DNA of 63,099 nucleotides, filler included, from Basidiobolus ranarum (GCA_040143965.1; 34 parts of 34 records of this genome joined end to end with filler, not necessarily neighbours in it), one strand, 5' to 3'. Shown: positions 11,577 to 24,253, counted from the whole stretch's first letter. A program made the numbers and translations. The notes: generated by a model from the sequence alone, not told the origin.

Positions 11577-12960
11577 GGTGTTTGTGTGGCTTTTTGTTTG
11601 CATATAAATTTGGGGCTAATTTCAACACTTTGAAAATTACCTGTTGAGGTTGGAGAGCCATGAGTTTTATTTACAGGTGTTTTGGCTTGTTGGGAGGTGC
11701 CAGGTATTGGATAAACTTCCAGATCTAGCACTCTTCAAATGGGTGTACCTGGCTCCATATTGAAATTAACATTTTTTGTCAGTGTTTCTGACTCTGGAGA
11801 TGTAGATCTTCATAATGGTGTGAAGAACTTAATATGCAGGACAGTAGAGCCTAAACTCACTGGCTCCTTTACTTTTCTTTTGGTTTTACTAACTTCCTGC
11901 TGCTTGTTTACTTCTTTGTCTGTGGTCTTGATCGAGTTTTTATTGAACTTTGCTCAACTATTGATTTGCTACATTATTATGGATTACAATCTCTTCACTT
12001 GCAATATTGTTGCAAGGAACACATCTGGAAAATTGATTAATGCATCTTCATTACCTGAATTAGTTTTGAGCATGTTAATGCCTTCCAAAATAGAGAGTGG
12101 ATTGCTAGACTGCTTATCAATTAGGTACTCTGTTCTTGCTGGCTTTTTCCTATCTCACCATCAGGCTTTTGCTTGGAAGCCAATTTTGATTTAGATTTTG
12201 AATAACTTGTTGAATGGCAATAAAATTTTCAGATGGTGAACTCAGTGTAAAGAGATTGTTGAAAGCAGCTTATGATAAACCAAAGTTGCCATCCATTACC
12301 AGAAATATCTTTTAAATACCCTTATCACTCATCTGTGACACTATCTCACAATCAGCTTAAAGGACTTGTTATTAGATGTTGACCTTGGTTATTCCAGTAC
12401 CAATGGTAGTATATATGAAGTTGAAGAAGAAGACAATGGTTTTGTTACAGACTATTTGTTATTGGTAAGCATTAGTCAACTCATAACACTTACAGTAAAA
12501 AAGCAGCTTTGATTACAGAAGAGTGAGAGTTCAATCCAATCTTAGCAATTGGGTGCTTATTGGTTTTCTTACACTTTTACCACAGTTGATTGGCAACTGT
12601 TGCTTGCCGCAGACCTGGTACAAGTAGAAAACACTTGTTAATCATATGACTTATAATCCTACAGTAATTAAACTACCTTCATGTCCAAATGGTTGTTTGG
12701 CTTTCACCAGTGATCTGAAAAACCTGAAGTCATGAACTGTTTTGCCACAATTGGTAATCACTGAATCAGGTAAATATTGTGCATATTTGGCTTACATACA
12801 ATTGATTCACCATCTTAAAGTTTAGAGGTAATCAACCAAATTTAGATCATAGATCCAATACCAAAGTACTCACCATAAAGCTGATGGTATTACCAATATA
12901 TTGGATGGATATCATTACCAAAATCTCAAAAGTCAAGGTTTCTTTGAGGACACATATCAT
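11577..12960 (+). mobile_element. Second CACTA copy: ORF2 (minus, ~11577-12222, internally deleted) head-to-head with transposase N-terminus (plus, ~12360-12960)
   Basis: Minus strand reads ..SKSKIKIGFQ../ALINFPDV/..KEVNKQQEVSKTK..LDLEVYPIPG..QKATQTP. Plus strand reads LLLDVDLGYSST..LIGNCCLPQTWYK. Confidence 0.78.
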
Positions 12961-13060
12961 NNNNNNNNNNNNNNNNNNNNNNNNNNNNNNNNNNNNNNNN
13001 NNNNTTAATTAATTAANNNNNNNNNNNNNNNNNNNNNNNNNNNNNNNNNNNNNNNNNNNN

Positions 13061-13367
13061 TGACTCACTACATTCTTGAAACAGATGCATGACCACTTAT
13101 TGGGATGATCAACAAACCGGATCTACCAGATGATGCTACCAACCAGTGGATGGCTTGGCTCAAGATGTTTGACTTTGAAGTAGTACACATGCCAGGAAAA
13201 ACAAATGTTGTTGTAGATGGACCATCAACAATGGGACCAAGACCTGGTGAAATAGACTTTGAAGACACCTTTAAAGACTCTCTTTATGCCAACATGCACT
13301 AAGTTTCTATCAGTACCCCTATACCTGAAGAATGGAGAGATACTGTCCATTATTTCACAATGTGACA
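13061..13367 (+). mobile_element. Ty3/Gypsy RNase H fragment
   Basis: LETDA.PLIGMINKPDLP..ATNQWMAWLKMFDFEVVHMPGKTNVVVDG resembles the TDH..L/RW...L..FDF.I.H.PG..N..AD motif. Confidence 0.8.
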
Positions 13368-14190
13368 CCCTAACAGAAATTTGAGGATTGTTATTGTAGG
13401 AAAACCATCACAATTTTAATCCATTTGGGATAACCATTTACTTCCTGTCATAAAATCATAAAGTTGGATTTGATTTTAATCAATTTTTTCAGTTTCAAGA
13501 GTGCAATTTCAAGATCTTGCAAAATAGTTGCACATGATTGGCTACAATCTCAGAGAACTATAGATCAACACATGTGCAAAAAACAAAATTCAAATATTAC
13601 ACAATTACCACTTGAACACTAATTTGTCATCTTCAAAATCCCTGGTCTCTTTGATATATTCTCTTGAATATTTTTATAGAATTTTTCATACCCAAGGTTT
13701 AGCTCATACCCAACACAAGTTTGTATCAATATCTCCATCAAAGCCCACCATTGAATTAATGTTGATGAATCAACATTCTTCCAACTATCTGGTAGATACC
13801 TTGCAATATTGTGCCACTCAGTATTAAGTACTTCCCAGATATCTGCACAGTCAACACCAGACTGACTGTCAAGTTTAATGTTCTTCTTCTGAAGCCACTT
13901 TCTGCATGCTAGTACTGCATTTTTCCCTTCATACTTTTGAAAATACTCCTCAAGCACTTTAACTATTTTTGTATGTCCTTGTAGTATGACACTACTGAAG
14001 GTGCTTTGCAGTGTTTGTGTGGCTTTTTGATTGCTCTGACATTCAGAGTCTTTTAGTACGCTGGTTTTCATATGAGATTTCTACTTTCATGTGCCCAAAC
14101 AATTTTGGGTCATTGTGTAGGCTTAATGGTCAAACATATATTCTGCTCTGCTAGATTGTCACAGTCATGTTCATATGTATGGTGTGGGAG
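13368..14190 (+). mobile_element. CACTA left end (TIR CCCTAACAGAAAT at 13368) with ORF2 on minus
   Basis: TIR is visible; ORF 13619-14071 (-) is the ORF2 C-terminal domain. Confidence 0.87.
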
Positions 14191-14824
14191 CCCTAACAAA
14201 AATAAAATCAACTTGATCCGGATTGGATCCACCCTCCAAAATAGCAAAACCATCAGAGAACTGTCACAATATTGTTGGCTTGCATTCTGCCAGGGATTTT
14301 GATGGTGTAACGGTGGCTTCTTGACAATATCTTAACGGCATTCATACATGTTAAAATATTGATCCTCAAATTTGGCATGCGTTGTTCAATATCCAGTAAT
14401 TTTTGAAAAAATATAATTTTGAAATGGCAAATTACTGGGCTTACTGCTTTAGGAATTCAAATCAATATGCATGCCTTTATTTAGATATTTTAGGCTTTGT
14501 ATTCCAGCCATAATGAGAATCAAAAAATACAAGAATCTTGTTATGTTTAGTCTCTACATATTCACATATTTGACTGATTAGACATAACACAACAACATCA
14601 ATATGCTTTACCAGCAAACTAATGGTGGAAAAATTGCTAAACATCTGAGATTTTGAATAGCACTGACACTTAGCAAATAGCTGACTCTTGTTAACATTCA
14701 CAATGAGAATAAACTCTTGGATTTTGGCAAATTTCTGTAAAGAATTCAGCCAATATATCCCTAACTTGCAGTCAACAAATGTCCTGCCACAAGTAGATGT
14801 GTCATTGCTTGAATAGATTACCCC
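14191..14824 (-). mobile_element. CACTA right end nested in ORF2 of another copy
   Basis: CCCTAACAAAAATAAAATC at 14191 abruptly replaces ORF2 sequence (compare 37660-37700). Confidence 0.87.
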
Positions 14825-14924
14825 NNNNNNNNNNNNNNNNNNNNNNNNNNNNNNNNNNNNNNNNNNNNTTAATTAATTAANNNNNNNNNNNNNNNNNNNN
14901 NNNNNNNNNNNNNNNNNNNNNNNN

Positions 14925-15406
14925 TATTGAGAACAGCAGTTTCCAGGTTCACATTGAACCAAAACACCGTTCTTCAAACCACAGGAACCATCGGGTGAAG
15001 TGATGATATTGGTGGGACTAGGAACAACTGATGTGGTTACGCTAGGCTTCGCAGAGCTAGTTGGCTTAACTGAAGTGGTGGGCTTCACTGTAGGCTTGAC
15101 AGTGGTGGTAGGCTTGGTAGTCTTGCACTGGAATTGGCAGTTGGCCACACAGTGGTCATTGCTACTTCCGCACCTATAAACAAATTGAGATTAGTTCATG
15201 ATGGTCTTCATAATTGAAGCAGGCCATTACCTGCGAGCCATCTAATCAACATACCATCCATATGAAGAGCAGCACTCGCCACTTGGGCAAGTGACCTTTT
15301 CGCCATTGATCACACCGCAGCGGTCATCCTTGGAGACGCGGGCTTGCGTGGCTGTGACCTGGAGGAAAACGGCAATGGAGAGAATCACAGCTTTCGAGAA
15401 ATACAT
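14925..15406 (-). CDS. Secreted hevein/CBM18 chitin-binding protein, 5' part (exon 1 15406-15255, intron 15254-15174, exon 2 15173 to contig end)
   Basis: Signal peptide MYFSKAVILSIAVFLQVTATQA; CG....C....CCSSYGWCGSSNDHC..NCQ..C hevein motif; Thr/Pro/Lys linker; second module SPDGSCG...C..GNCCSQY. GTATGT...ACTAAT...TAG intron. Confidence 0.92.
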
Positions 15407-16557
15407 TGTTGATTAAAGAGAATACTACTCTGACATTCATACTCCTTTGCTTTTATATTCTTCAAAACAGACTAACACTTACGACCATGCGCATTACAGC
15501 ATTCGTTTCGCACTAATGTAATACAAGATTTGTCTGAAATTTAGTGTATTTGTATTTTCATTGCTCACATTTCAAAAAAAACCTTTTTTGCGTTTCTATT
15601 TTTACACCTTATAACGTAATGCATAGCTTTGATTCATTTGGGGGCTTATTGAAGGGATACAATATAGGTAGCACCAGAATTAGGAGGACAAATTTCACCT
15701 CATTCAGTTAAAAGCACACTCCTTTGATAAATGTACCAAGTATTGCTTCAAACTCGAAATTATCTTACTGGATCTTCATAGTATATCGGATTTTACGTGC
15801 ATAAATTTTGGCTTGGTAAAACCGGCTTAGAGGTCTGCCAATTGGTAGTTCAAGCATGTGTTCATAATGTCAACATACGCAAAAACTCGACATTCATGTT
15901 CAATAAGAATCCCTTTCCAGATTAATCTGTGATCACAGAATCGATTATTTCCTTACCAAGAATCATCATACTATACCATACTGTATAGCAAGGAATGGAA
16001 TGGAAGATTTATTTCTCGCCCACTTCTCCTAATAATTAGAAGATTGGTCAACAGATCAATCAATAAACTGATCTTTTCATTCCGAAACAACCCTTCAAGA
16101 AATCTGGGAAGAGGCATACGATGCAGAAGTTAGCGCTAGTTCAAAAAATCGCCTGCAGAATGAAAGGATACTACGGGAACTACTTTCGATTGATGTTCCA
16201 TTTTTGAGAGCGAATAGGCTTTTCCAAATTTGGTAAGGATCCATTTATTTATAGTAAAGCATTAGTTATTTTTTTCTACCATAAATGACAAAACACCAAT
16301 AGAAGCTGAGCTTGTTGCTCCGTTCGAACATTATTGGAAATAAGTTCGATTCAAGACAACTATATGAACCGTCAATTACGTATTCACAGAGGCATTAAGC
16401 ACACTTAACCGAGAGAACTTCTACAGCCTAATGACAAAATACCAGTTTAATTTGAAACAATTTATTGCACTTTCATTAGTTGGAAAACGCTACAATTAAA
16501 TTAAGAAACTAAACTATATGCATTGATTTATGGCAAAAATGAGCAGATAATGACAAA

Positions 16558-16687
16558 TTAATGATAAAGACCAGCATCACCGAGGCAATCAGCAACAGTG
16601 GTGATCTTGAATCCTGATTTGATCACAGTGTCAAGAATACCAGCAGCAGCTTGGATGGTGCTAGGTTGGATGTCATGTTGGAGAGAG
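16558..16687 (-). CDS. Polysaccharide (chitin) deacetylase, CE4/NodB family, 3' end
   Basis: SLQHDIQPSTIQAAAGILDTVIKSGFKITTVADCLGDAGLYH* contains CE4 motif 5 (LxHD) and the typical G(F/Y)K.VTVA.CLG tail. Confidence 0.85.
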
Positions 16688-16787
16688 NNNNNNNNNNNNN
16701 NNNNNNNNNNNNNNNNNNNNNNNNNNNNNNNTTAATTAATTAANNNNNNNNNNNNNNNNNNNNNNNNNNNNNNNNNNNNNNNNNNNN

Positions 16788-18160
16788 TACCATTGATTCC
16801 CCATCTTACAGTTTTGATGACATCACCCAAAAATAGGTCATTGATCCAATACCTAAGTACTCCCCATAAAGCTGATGGTATTACCAATGTACTTGATTGA
16901 TATCACTACCAGAATCTGAAAAGTAAAGGTTTCTTTGCAAACACATATGATCAGGCATTTGCATTGGCTCTGAATAGTTTCTCACTAAACAAATATTCTA
17001 TTGGAAAGGGTTGCTTGCCAATAATTTTAATTAACTTAAATCTTTCTCCTTCTGAATAGTATAAGAGTCACAATATCTTGTTACTATCCATCATATCTGG
17101 ACTAATATCAGCAGTGCTTATAAATAGCTTCTTGGAGCCTTTGATTGCAGAATTTGGACAGTCATCTAATGGCAATCAGATGGGTAAATATTTTATTAAA
17201 GTTAAGATCATTGTATGTACTGGGGACACTCCTGCCATCAGTAAACTTGGAGATTTTTGTGGGCACAATGCACTTTCTTGCTGTAGATTTTGTCTAATCA
17301 ATGGAGTTTACTCAATCAGATATATGCAGTACTACTTTCCAACTACAAAACTAAACTCTATGATTTTATCATCATGAGCCTGGTCAGATTTCAATATGCT
17401 TACTGATATCAATTCTCCAAATGGTCAGTCTAACATCAAACTTGGTATTAGCTGTAAGCCAAAGATTGTATTGCTAAAGGGGATCAGCTGGAGCCAGAGT
17501 TTCCCATTAGGCACTATGTGCTTACTATTCAACAACTTTCCAATACTACTTACTCAGCTATATAGTTGAAAATTCGATATGAATGAGTCATTCAATATAG
17601 GATCAAGGTTTGAATCAATTGGAAAAATGCTTGAAAATGTCAAGACACCATCAAATTTTACCAGGACTCCCATCAATATCCACTCATCTAGGCATTCATT
17701 CAAATGCAAAGACTGGAAGTATTGGATATGTATAAATTCAAGTGGAATGCTGAAAAGTTTTCTGCCTGATAAGTATTGGCAAAAATGGGAGTTGTTTGTG
17801 GATATTGTTAACATATTCTTATGGCATCAACTCACATTGGCAGATCTCAGGCTATTATAGTAACTGTGTGAAGATTTTGTAATTGAATATGAAAACTTTC
17901 TTACAGGTTTAAAGAAGATAGACTGAATCTATGCAGGTATTTAATACATTCCCTGCTGCATCTTTCACAATACTTACAGATTATAGGCCCTTGCTATACA
18001 TTCTGGGAGCTCCTACTGGAGTGCACCAATAGTGAAATGATGCACTGGGTGAAATTGTGAGTACTACAATATGCCTATCTGATTAACAATGTATCAGCAA
18101 AATCTGTGATAGATGTATTGAAATGGGTTAAGGAGACTCCAGAGTATATTAACCATTCAA
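16788..18160 (+). mobile_element. CACTA transposase (decayed), core region
   Basis: SFLEPLIAEF..IIVCTGDTPAISKLG.FCGHNALSCCRFC; SFKCKDWKYWIC..LPDKYWQKWELFVDIV. Confidence 0.88.
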
Positions 18161-18549
18161 CCCTAACAAAAATAAAATCAATTTGATCCGGATCAAATCC
18201 ACTCTCCAAAATAGCAAGATTGTCAGAGAACCATCACAATATTGTTGGCTTGCATTCTGCCAGGGATTTTGATGATGTGATGGCGGTTTCTTGACGGTAT
18301 CTTAGCAGTATTCATACATGTTAAAATATTGATCTTCAAATTTAGCATGCGTGATTCAATATCCAGCAATTTTTGCAAAAATATAATTTTTGTATGGCAA
18401 ATTACTGGGTTTACTGCTGTAGGAATTCAAATTAATACGCATGCCTTTATTTAGATATTTTAGGCTTTGTATTCCAGCCATAATGAGAATCAAAAAATAC
18501 AAGAATCTTGTTGTGTTTAGTCTCTACATATGCACATATTTGACTGATT
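18161..18549 (-). mobile_element. CACTA right end nested in transposase
   Basis: CCCTAACAAAAATAAAATC at 18161. Confidence 0.87.
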
Positions 18550-18664
18550 NNNNNNNNNNNNNNNNNNNNNNNNNNNNNNNNNNNNNNNNNNNNTTAATTA
18601 ATTAANNNNNNNNNNNNNNNNNNNNNNNNNNNNNNNNNNNNNNNNNNNNTGCATATTATGTGCA

Positions 18665-19011
18665 AGATATGATTGGAATATTTACAACACTACAGCGTTA
18701 TTGCTTGTCATGGCCTGTATAGCAACTTCATAGTTTTTACTTATGATTGCATACAAATCATTAGAGTGTTCTGCCTGCGATTCCCTTGTTGTAACAATTC
18801 TATCCAAATTTTCAATGGAGAGTTGTTAAATAGTGGGCAAATTAGCCATTTTGGAAGTTGATGGACTTGATGGTAATTTGGTTGAACTTTGCTCAACTAT
18901 TGATTTACTACGTAATTGGGGGATCAAAATCTCCTCACTTGCACTATTGTTGGAAAGGAACACATCAGGTAAGTTGATTAATGCTTCATCATTACTTGAA
19001 TTAGTTTCTGG
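18665..19011 (-). mobile_element. CACTA ORF2 fragment
   Basis: Homologous to 31230-31570 and 37800-38140; interrupted by LTR family D at 19012. Confidence 0.75.
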
Positions 19012-20140
19012 TGTAGTTGTTTAAGGGCGTAAGCAGCAACTATAATTGCAGTATCCTAAGGGTTCTGTGAGGTGTTAAAAGGGTGCAATAACCACAGTTG
19101 AATAACTCTGGGATCTACTGTAATATGGGTATGTCTCTTGCCTCTTGGGTCTTTGTGAAAGGGAATCAAGCCTCTAGAAATATCCAAGGCCTGATAAATA
19201 ACAATGCAATGTCCAGCTTTCTTTTGAATCATATGCTGGTGCCTGACAAAAGAATATACTGACTTCAAAGTCCTTTGAGAATGATCAGATAAAAAGTGTA
19301 TATCCAATCAAAAACAACTGTAAACTCAGACAGTAGGGTCTTGAACAAGGATGCACTGGTAGTTATTTATCCAAGGATATGAAAAGTTCCTTGCCTATGC
19401 CGACAAAGCTAAAGAAAAAATATAAAGTATCAGAAATATAGCACCTACCTGTCAGTACTTCCTTTGAGCCAGTCAAGTCCTTTCTATTCACACAGTAGCC
19501 TGTAACTGCCTCTAGTAGTCTCTCTTGAGCTTCCTCTTAAAGGTCTTGTAAGCAGTGATGAAAATAAAGGGTGATCACAAGTAGTAATTGTCAGTTGAAA
19601 ACCAGAATGGTTTTTATTTGAAAAGATATGGCTTGTATTTATACTTTTCTGGTGGTAGATATGATTACTAATGAGTATTTCCAGAAAGTTCCGGAGAAAT
19701 CTATTGGCAAGGATCTGCGGTGATGATATCATCATAAATCATAAGATTGGTAATCCATGGAATGTTCCGGATAGTTGTAGAATAATCCAGAAAGTCATGG
19801 AATGTTCCGGATGGTTGTAGAATAATCCAGAAAGTCATGGAATGTTCTGGTAAAATCAAGTTTTGATTGGTCAAAACCCAATCAATCATCAAATATTCCA
19901 AGAATCTTGTGGAATGTTCTGGAAGATTGCAGAATTTTCCAGAAGATAATAGGGCTAATGTGGGTTAATACTGATAAATCCAAAGTAATAGGGATAATAC
20001 TAATAGTGTGATATGATTGGCTAGAAAATATGGGTAAGTCAAATAAGGATAATAAAATAGAAATTGTGCAATAGTAATGATATGAGCTTGGAGTGGAAAT
20101 AAGTCAACCTGCCAGTGGGTAGCAATGCTACCCCACTACA
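19012..20140 (-). mobile_element. Complete 3' LTR (1129 bp, family D) of a Ty3/Gypsy element
   Basis: Inverted termini TGTAGT...ACTACA. Polypurine tract (minus strand GAGGGGGGGTGGA) at ~20141-20153. Other copies at 48380-48700 and 54549-~55150. Confidence 0.88.
19756..19850. repeat. 40-bp tandem repeat (~2.4 copies) inside LTR-D
   Basis: CATGGAATGTTCCGGAT(A/G)GTTGTAGAATAATCCAGAAAGT starts at 19756, 19796 and 19836. Confidence 0.9.
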
Positions 20141-20411
20141 TCCACCCCCCTCTGAATTTTGAACTCATGTGAAAAACCAAACTCAGCAGGTTGAGTTGTT
20201 TCCTCTAGTCTTGAATAACTTTAGTTGGTTCCCTGCAACTGGTAGTCTGAGTTCTGTTCCATCTAGTTCTGCAGTGTAATAGCTTCCATTACCTACAACT
20301 TTAACAATTTTGTATGGGCCTCTCCATTGGTTGTCAAACTTCCTGCTCCATTGTTTGTCAAGAGTGGAATCATATTCCAGGACAAGGTCATCAACTTGTA
20401 GTGGCTTAGGT
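20141..20411 (-). mobile_element. Gypsy integrase C-terminus (GPY/F module) and polypurine tract
   Basis: LQVDDLVLEYDSTLDKQWSRKFDNQWRGPYKIVKVVGNGSYY..ELDG. Confidence 0.85.
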
Positions 20412-20511
20412 NNNNNNNNNNNNNNNNNNNNNNNNNNNNNNNNNNNNNNNNNNNNTTAATTAATTAANNNNNNNNNNNNNNNNNNNNNNNNNNNNNNNNN
20501 NNNNNNNNNNN

Positions 20512-22272
20512 TAAAGACAATAAACTTCAACACTCCTACTTAACTAAATATTCATATATCTTAATCCTAACTTAAATCTTAATTCTTCAAATTTTGGCTT
20601 GGGTAATGGTTTGGTAAGGATGTAGCAATCATGTCCTCAGTTGGACAGTACTCCAGTTGGACATGCTTATTCTCAATAGCTTCCCTTACAAAGTGATGTT
20701 GAATATCAATGTGCTTATTTCTAGCATGAAATTTGGGACTTTTGGCTAAAGAAATACAACTTTGATTATGCTCAAAAATGTTGGTGGGTAAACTTTGAAA
20801 AATTGCCCAAGTTTTTGAACAGTTTGCTTAACTACATAGCCTCCTTTGTTGTATGTGATGCTTCCATATACTCTGCTTCAGTTGTTGAAGGCCCCAAGGA
20901 GGGTTATTGCTTGCTATTTGAAGATATGGCTGTTTCACTATATAACCAGTGATAGATCTTTTGTCCTCAATATCATGTCCCCAATCTGCATCACTAAACC
21001 CAATTAGATCCTTGTTCTCACAAGAACATGTGTATCTTAATCCCACATCAATTTTCCCCTTCAAATATCTGAAAATCCACTTAACTGCTGCATAATGCTC
21101 AGATCCGGGGTTTTGTGCATGTTGGCTTACTACTCCCACTCCAAAAGAGATATCTGGCTGGGTTCCAGTCATAGCTTGGAGCAAACTACCCACTATAGAT
21201 TGATAAGGGAACTCAGGGCTTTCAAATGACATATTTTGAGCCATATTTAGCCAATTTTCATCTATTTGTGGAAATTTTTGACTAGTTCCACATCTGCATC
21301 CATGGGAGTTGCAACTGGCTTACAATTCTCCATCCTGTAGTGTCGGAAAATGTGTGAGCTGTATTTAGATTGATTCAGAGTGAAAGATTTGCTCAATATA
21401 TCTCTATAGATCTGCAGCCCTAAAAAATATGTGACTTCACCAAAATTGGTCATCCTGAATTGGACTGATAGATTGCTTTTGGTGCTCCTGAGGGCTCCAT
21501 CATTATTGGTAGCTATAATCACATCATCTACATAAAAGGCAAGTAGCACCTTACTGTCCTTATCTCTCTTAAAGTAGATCCCAAAATTGACCGTACTCTT
21601 TTGGAAATCAAGTGAATCCAAGTATGTGACTACTTTAGTGTACCAGGCCCTGGGTGATTGTTTAAGACCACAAAGTCATTTTTGTAGCTCTCACACATTC
21701 TCAGGGTGCTCAGGGTCCACAAAATTTTCTAGTTGATCCATGTATATATCCTCTTCTAAGTCCCCATCAAAAAAGCAGTTTTAACATCCATTTAATGGAT
21801 TTTTAAGCTGTGTTTTGCTGCTACTGCTCATATGGTTCTGATGGAATTAAACTTTGCTACAGGAGCAAAAGTTTCATTGTAGTCCACTCCTTCCATTTGA
21901 CACTATAAAACTCCATGTTATAACTCTCCATAGCCTGCTGTACTGATTTGGGTCCATCAGAAAAAGCTAAATTAGCACTAGGCTCATTTTGGCTAGTGTG
22001 AGAGTAGTAACCAGGTGGAGATCTCATCCAATTGGATCTCCTAAGATAGGAAATTGGCACTACAACTTCTGGTACCAATATAGGAAATAAAACCACCCCA
22101 GGCTTTGTTAAGCAGAGACCAGGTTAGGAATTTTCAATGTTTTCCTCACCAATCAGGATCTGGTGTGAAAAAGCAGAATTTTCATCAATTTTTGGTTGTT
22201 TTTCTTGATCTTGGAATGTTTTGATTGAAATTTTTCTTCTTTGGTAAGTTCTACATCCCTTGACTTGAGTAG
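20512..22272 (-). mobile_element. Ty1/Copia element (RT, RNase H, PPT and start of LTR-A), decayed
   Basis: FYVDDVII (RT motif), YQSIVGSL..AMTGTQPDISF, GFSDADWG, KHIDIQHHFVRE; GTTAAGTAGGAG|TGTTGAAG PPT/LTR junction near 20533. Confidence 0.92.
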
Positions 22273-22782
22273 NNNNNNNNNNNNNNNNNNNNNNNNNNNN
22301 NNNNNNNNNNNNNNNNTTAATTAATTAANNNNNNNNNNNNNNNNNNNNNNNNNNNNNNNNNNNNNNNNNNNNAATTATTCTAGTTTTCCAAGATACTCCC
22401 AACAAACTTTCAAGATTCTTCAACAAGTTTAAGCATATGCAATGAATGTAAATCAACTGAGCAGCATCCAAGTCTTGAATTTTCTGGCTTGGTTTGATAT
22501 TTTGTCATGTTTATATTTTATTTGTGAAATAACTTTCTCTTGAATATCAATAAATAGAATGCTCCTCAGTTTGAGCATCAGTATTCCAATAATTGTTGTT
22601 AGAAATATCTCAGTTCTCTTGTGATGGTTTGAGAGATAAATTCATTGTGAGTGCCAGAGACATGTGTTGTATAGCTAGGAGTGGCCACCTTTTATATTTA
22701 TGAGTAATTACAAATTAGAAGATTAATGGGAGTAACTAAATCAATGTAATCTTGGTTTTGAAGATTTTTAATTTAGTGGTTC

Positions 22783-23097
22783 TGTTGGAGGATGTTGACA
22801 CAGTGGGGGTAGACTTTGTATATTGGAGGCAACTTATGGTAGTGTTTTAGTTACTTTATTCTTAAGAGAATATGGTAACTTATATGTTAGGGAAGTAAAT
22901 CACATACTTGAGATATTCAGGAGTTGGTGTAATATGATAAAATAGATGAAAAGGGGTAACAAGACATACTTGTTATACAGATACAGAGATATTTCTAATT
23001 AGAATATAGGGGCTATAAATACATTGCTTTCTGCTTCTGATACATATGTCTTAACTAAAGTTAATCAAGATGTTGAATGAGGATTAATTATCCAACA
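22783..23097. mobile_element. Solo LTR (315 bp, family F) with 5-bp TSD GGTTC
   Basis: TGTTGGA...TCCAACA termini; GGTTC at 22778-22782 and 23098-23102. Confidence 0.9.
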
Positions 23098-23159
23098 GGT
23101 TCACCTTTTGCTTATTTTTGCAGAACCTTGACTCAATATGTGAAGAAAAACATATATCA

Positions 23160-24132
23160 ACAGGGATACTACTTATGGGACAGATATAGGGCAGCATATA
23201 CTAGAATATCTTGGGAGTTTGTTGGAAATAGGTTGGAGAATTGGAAACAATTATGGTTTTCACTTATTGATTTGTTGAGTAAAAAGTTAACATTTATAGT
23301 TTTGTCAGGATGTGCACAAGCAGCTGGATTGAATAAGTTAAAAAAGTCTCAGAAACATATGTGCAAAGTTTGGAGCTTCTAGCATAAGCTTGGAAAATCC
23401 TTATATCTGGGAACATCTAAGTTGGCATGAATGTTAGATATAAGCTCCTCTTGAGAGTAGTGGGTGATATCATTGCAACATATTGAATAACTAGATGTTA
23501 GATTACTCATGATTATATAGGTGCTCAGGCTATGCAGCAGAGCAAGCAACTTCAAAAACCATTGGTGGTCAAGTTTGAACATAATGTTGAATTTTATATT
23601 TGTATTTTGAGTCAAAAATATCAGCCATAGGCTGAGTACCATTAAAATGATTTGGGCACCTCATGTAAATGGTTTGGAGATGTAGAGAAATTTGCAATTT
23701 TTGCATATTGAATGATTGAGTTGAAAGTTGATATTCATAGTTTTGTCAAGATGCAAGTAAGTCAAGATGTGGCATATGTTGAGAAAGGGTTTAGGAAGAT
23801 TTGTGCAAAGTTTGAGGCTTCTAGCACAAGCTTGAAAAATCTATATATCTGTGCACTTCTAAGTTAATGTCAATATTTTCAGTAAATTTCACTATTCCCC
23901 ATCAATTTCAATTGGGATATTTCAGAATATTTTTACTAACTGAGAAGCTCACAGATATAGGAATTTTCAAAGAAGTCCCAGACCTTGCTGAACACATTCT
24001 ACATGTTAGTTTGCTTACATATTGACAAAACTATAAATATCAACTTTCAGCTCAATAAATCAGTGAGTGAAAACCACTATTTTTCAAATTCTCCAAACCA
24101 CTTCCAACAGGCTCCCAAACACTTTATCAATT
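23160..24132. mobile_element. Three diverged LTR-B-related fragments (two minus, one plus)
   Basis: TTTATAGTTTTGTCA(A/G)GATG..TGTGCAAAGTTT...CTTCTAGCA at ~23290-23400 and ~23735-23830; plus-strand copy at ~23935-24132. Confidence 0.65.
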
Positions 24133-24253
24133 NNNNNNNNNNNNNNNNNNNNNNNNNNNNNNNNNNNNNNNNNNNNTTAATTAATTAANNNNNNNNNNNN
24201 NNNNNNNNNNNNNNNNNNNNNNNNNNNNNNNNGCTCATTCATTCTATACTTAG

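Noticed and set aside
16163-16171. Minus-strand GTATCCTTT as another U12 donor
   Set aside because: Intergenic, with no TCCTTAAC branch point downstream and no exon context.
19056-19901. Small ORFs within LTR-D (also 54576-54833) and LTR-C (42767-43090, 62735-62935)
   Set aside because: They recur only because the LTRs are repeated and show no protein motifs.
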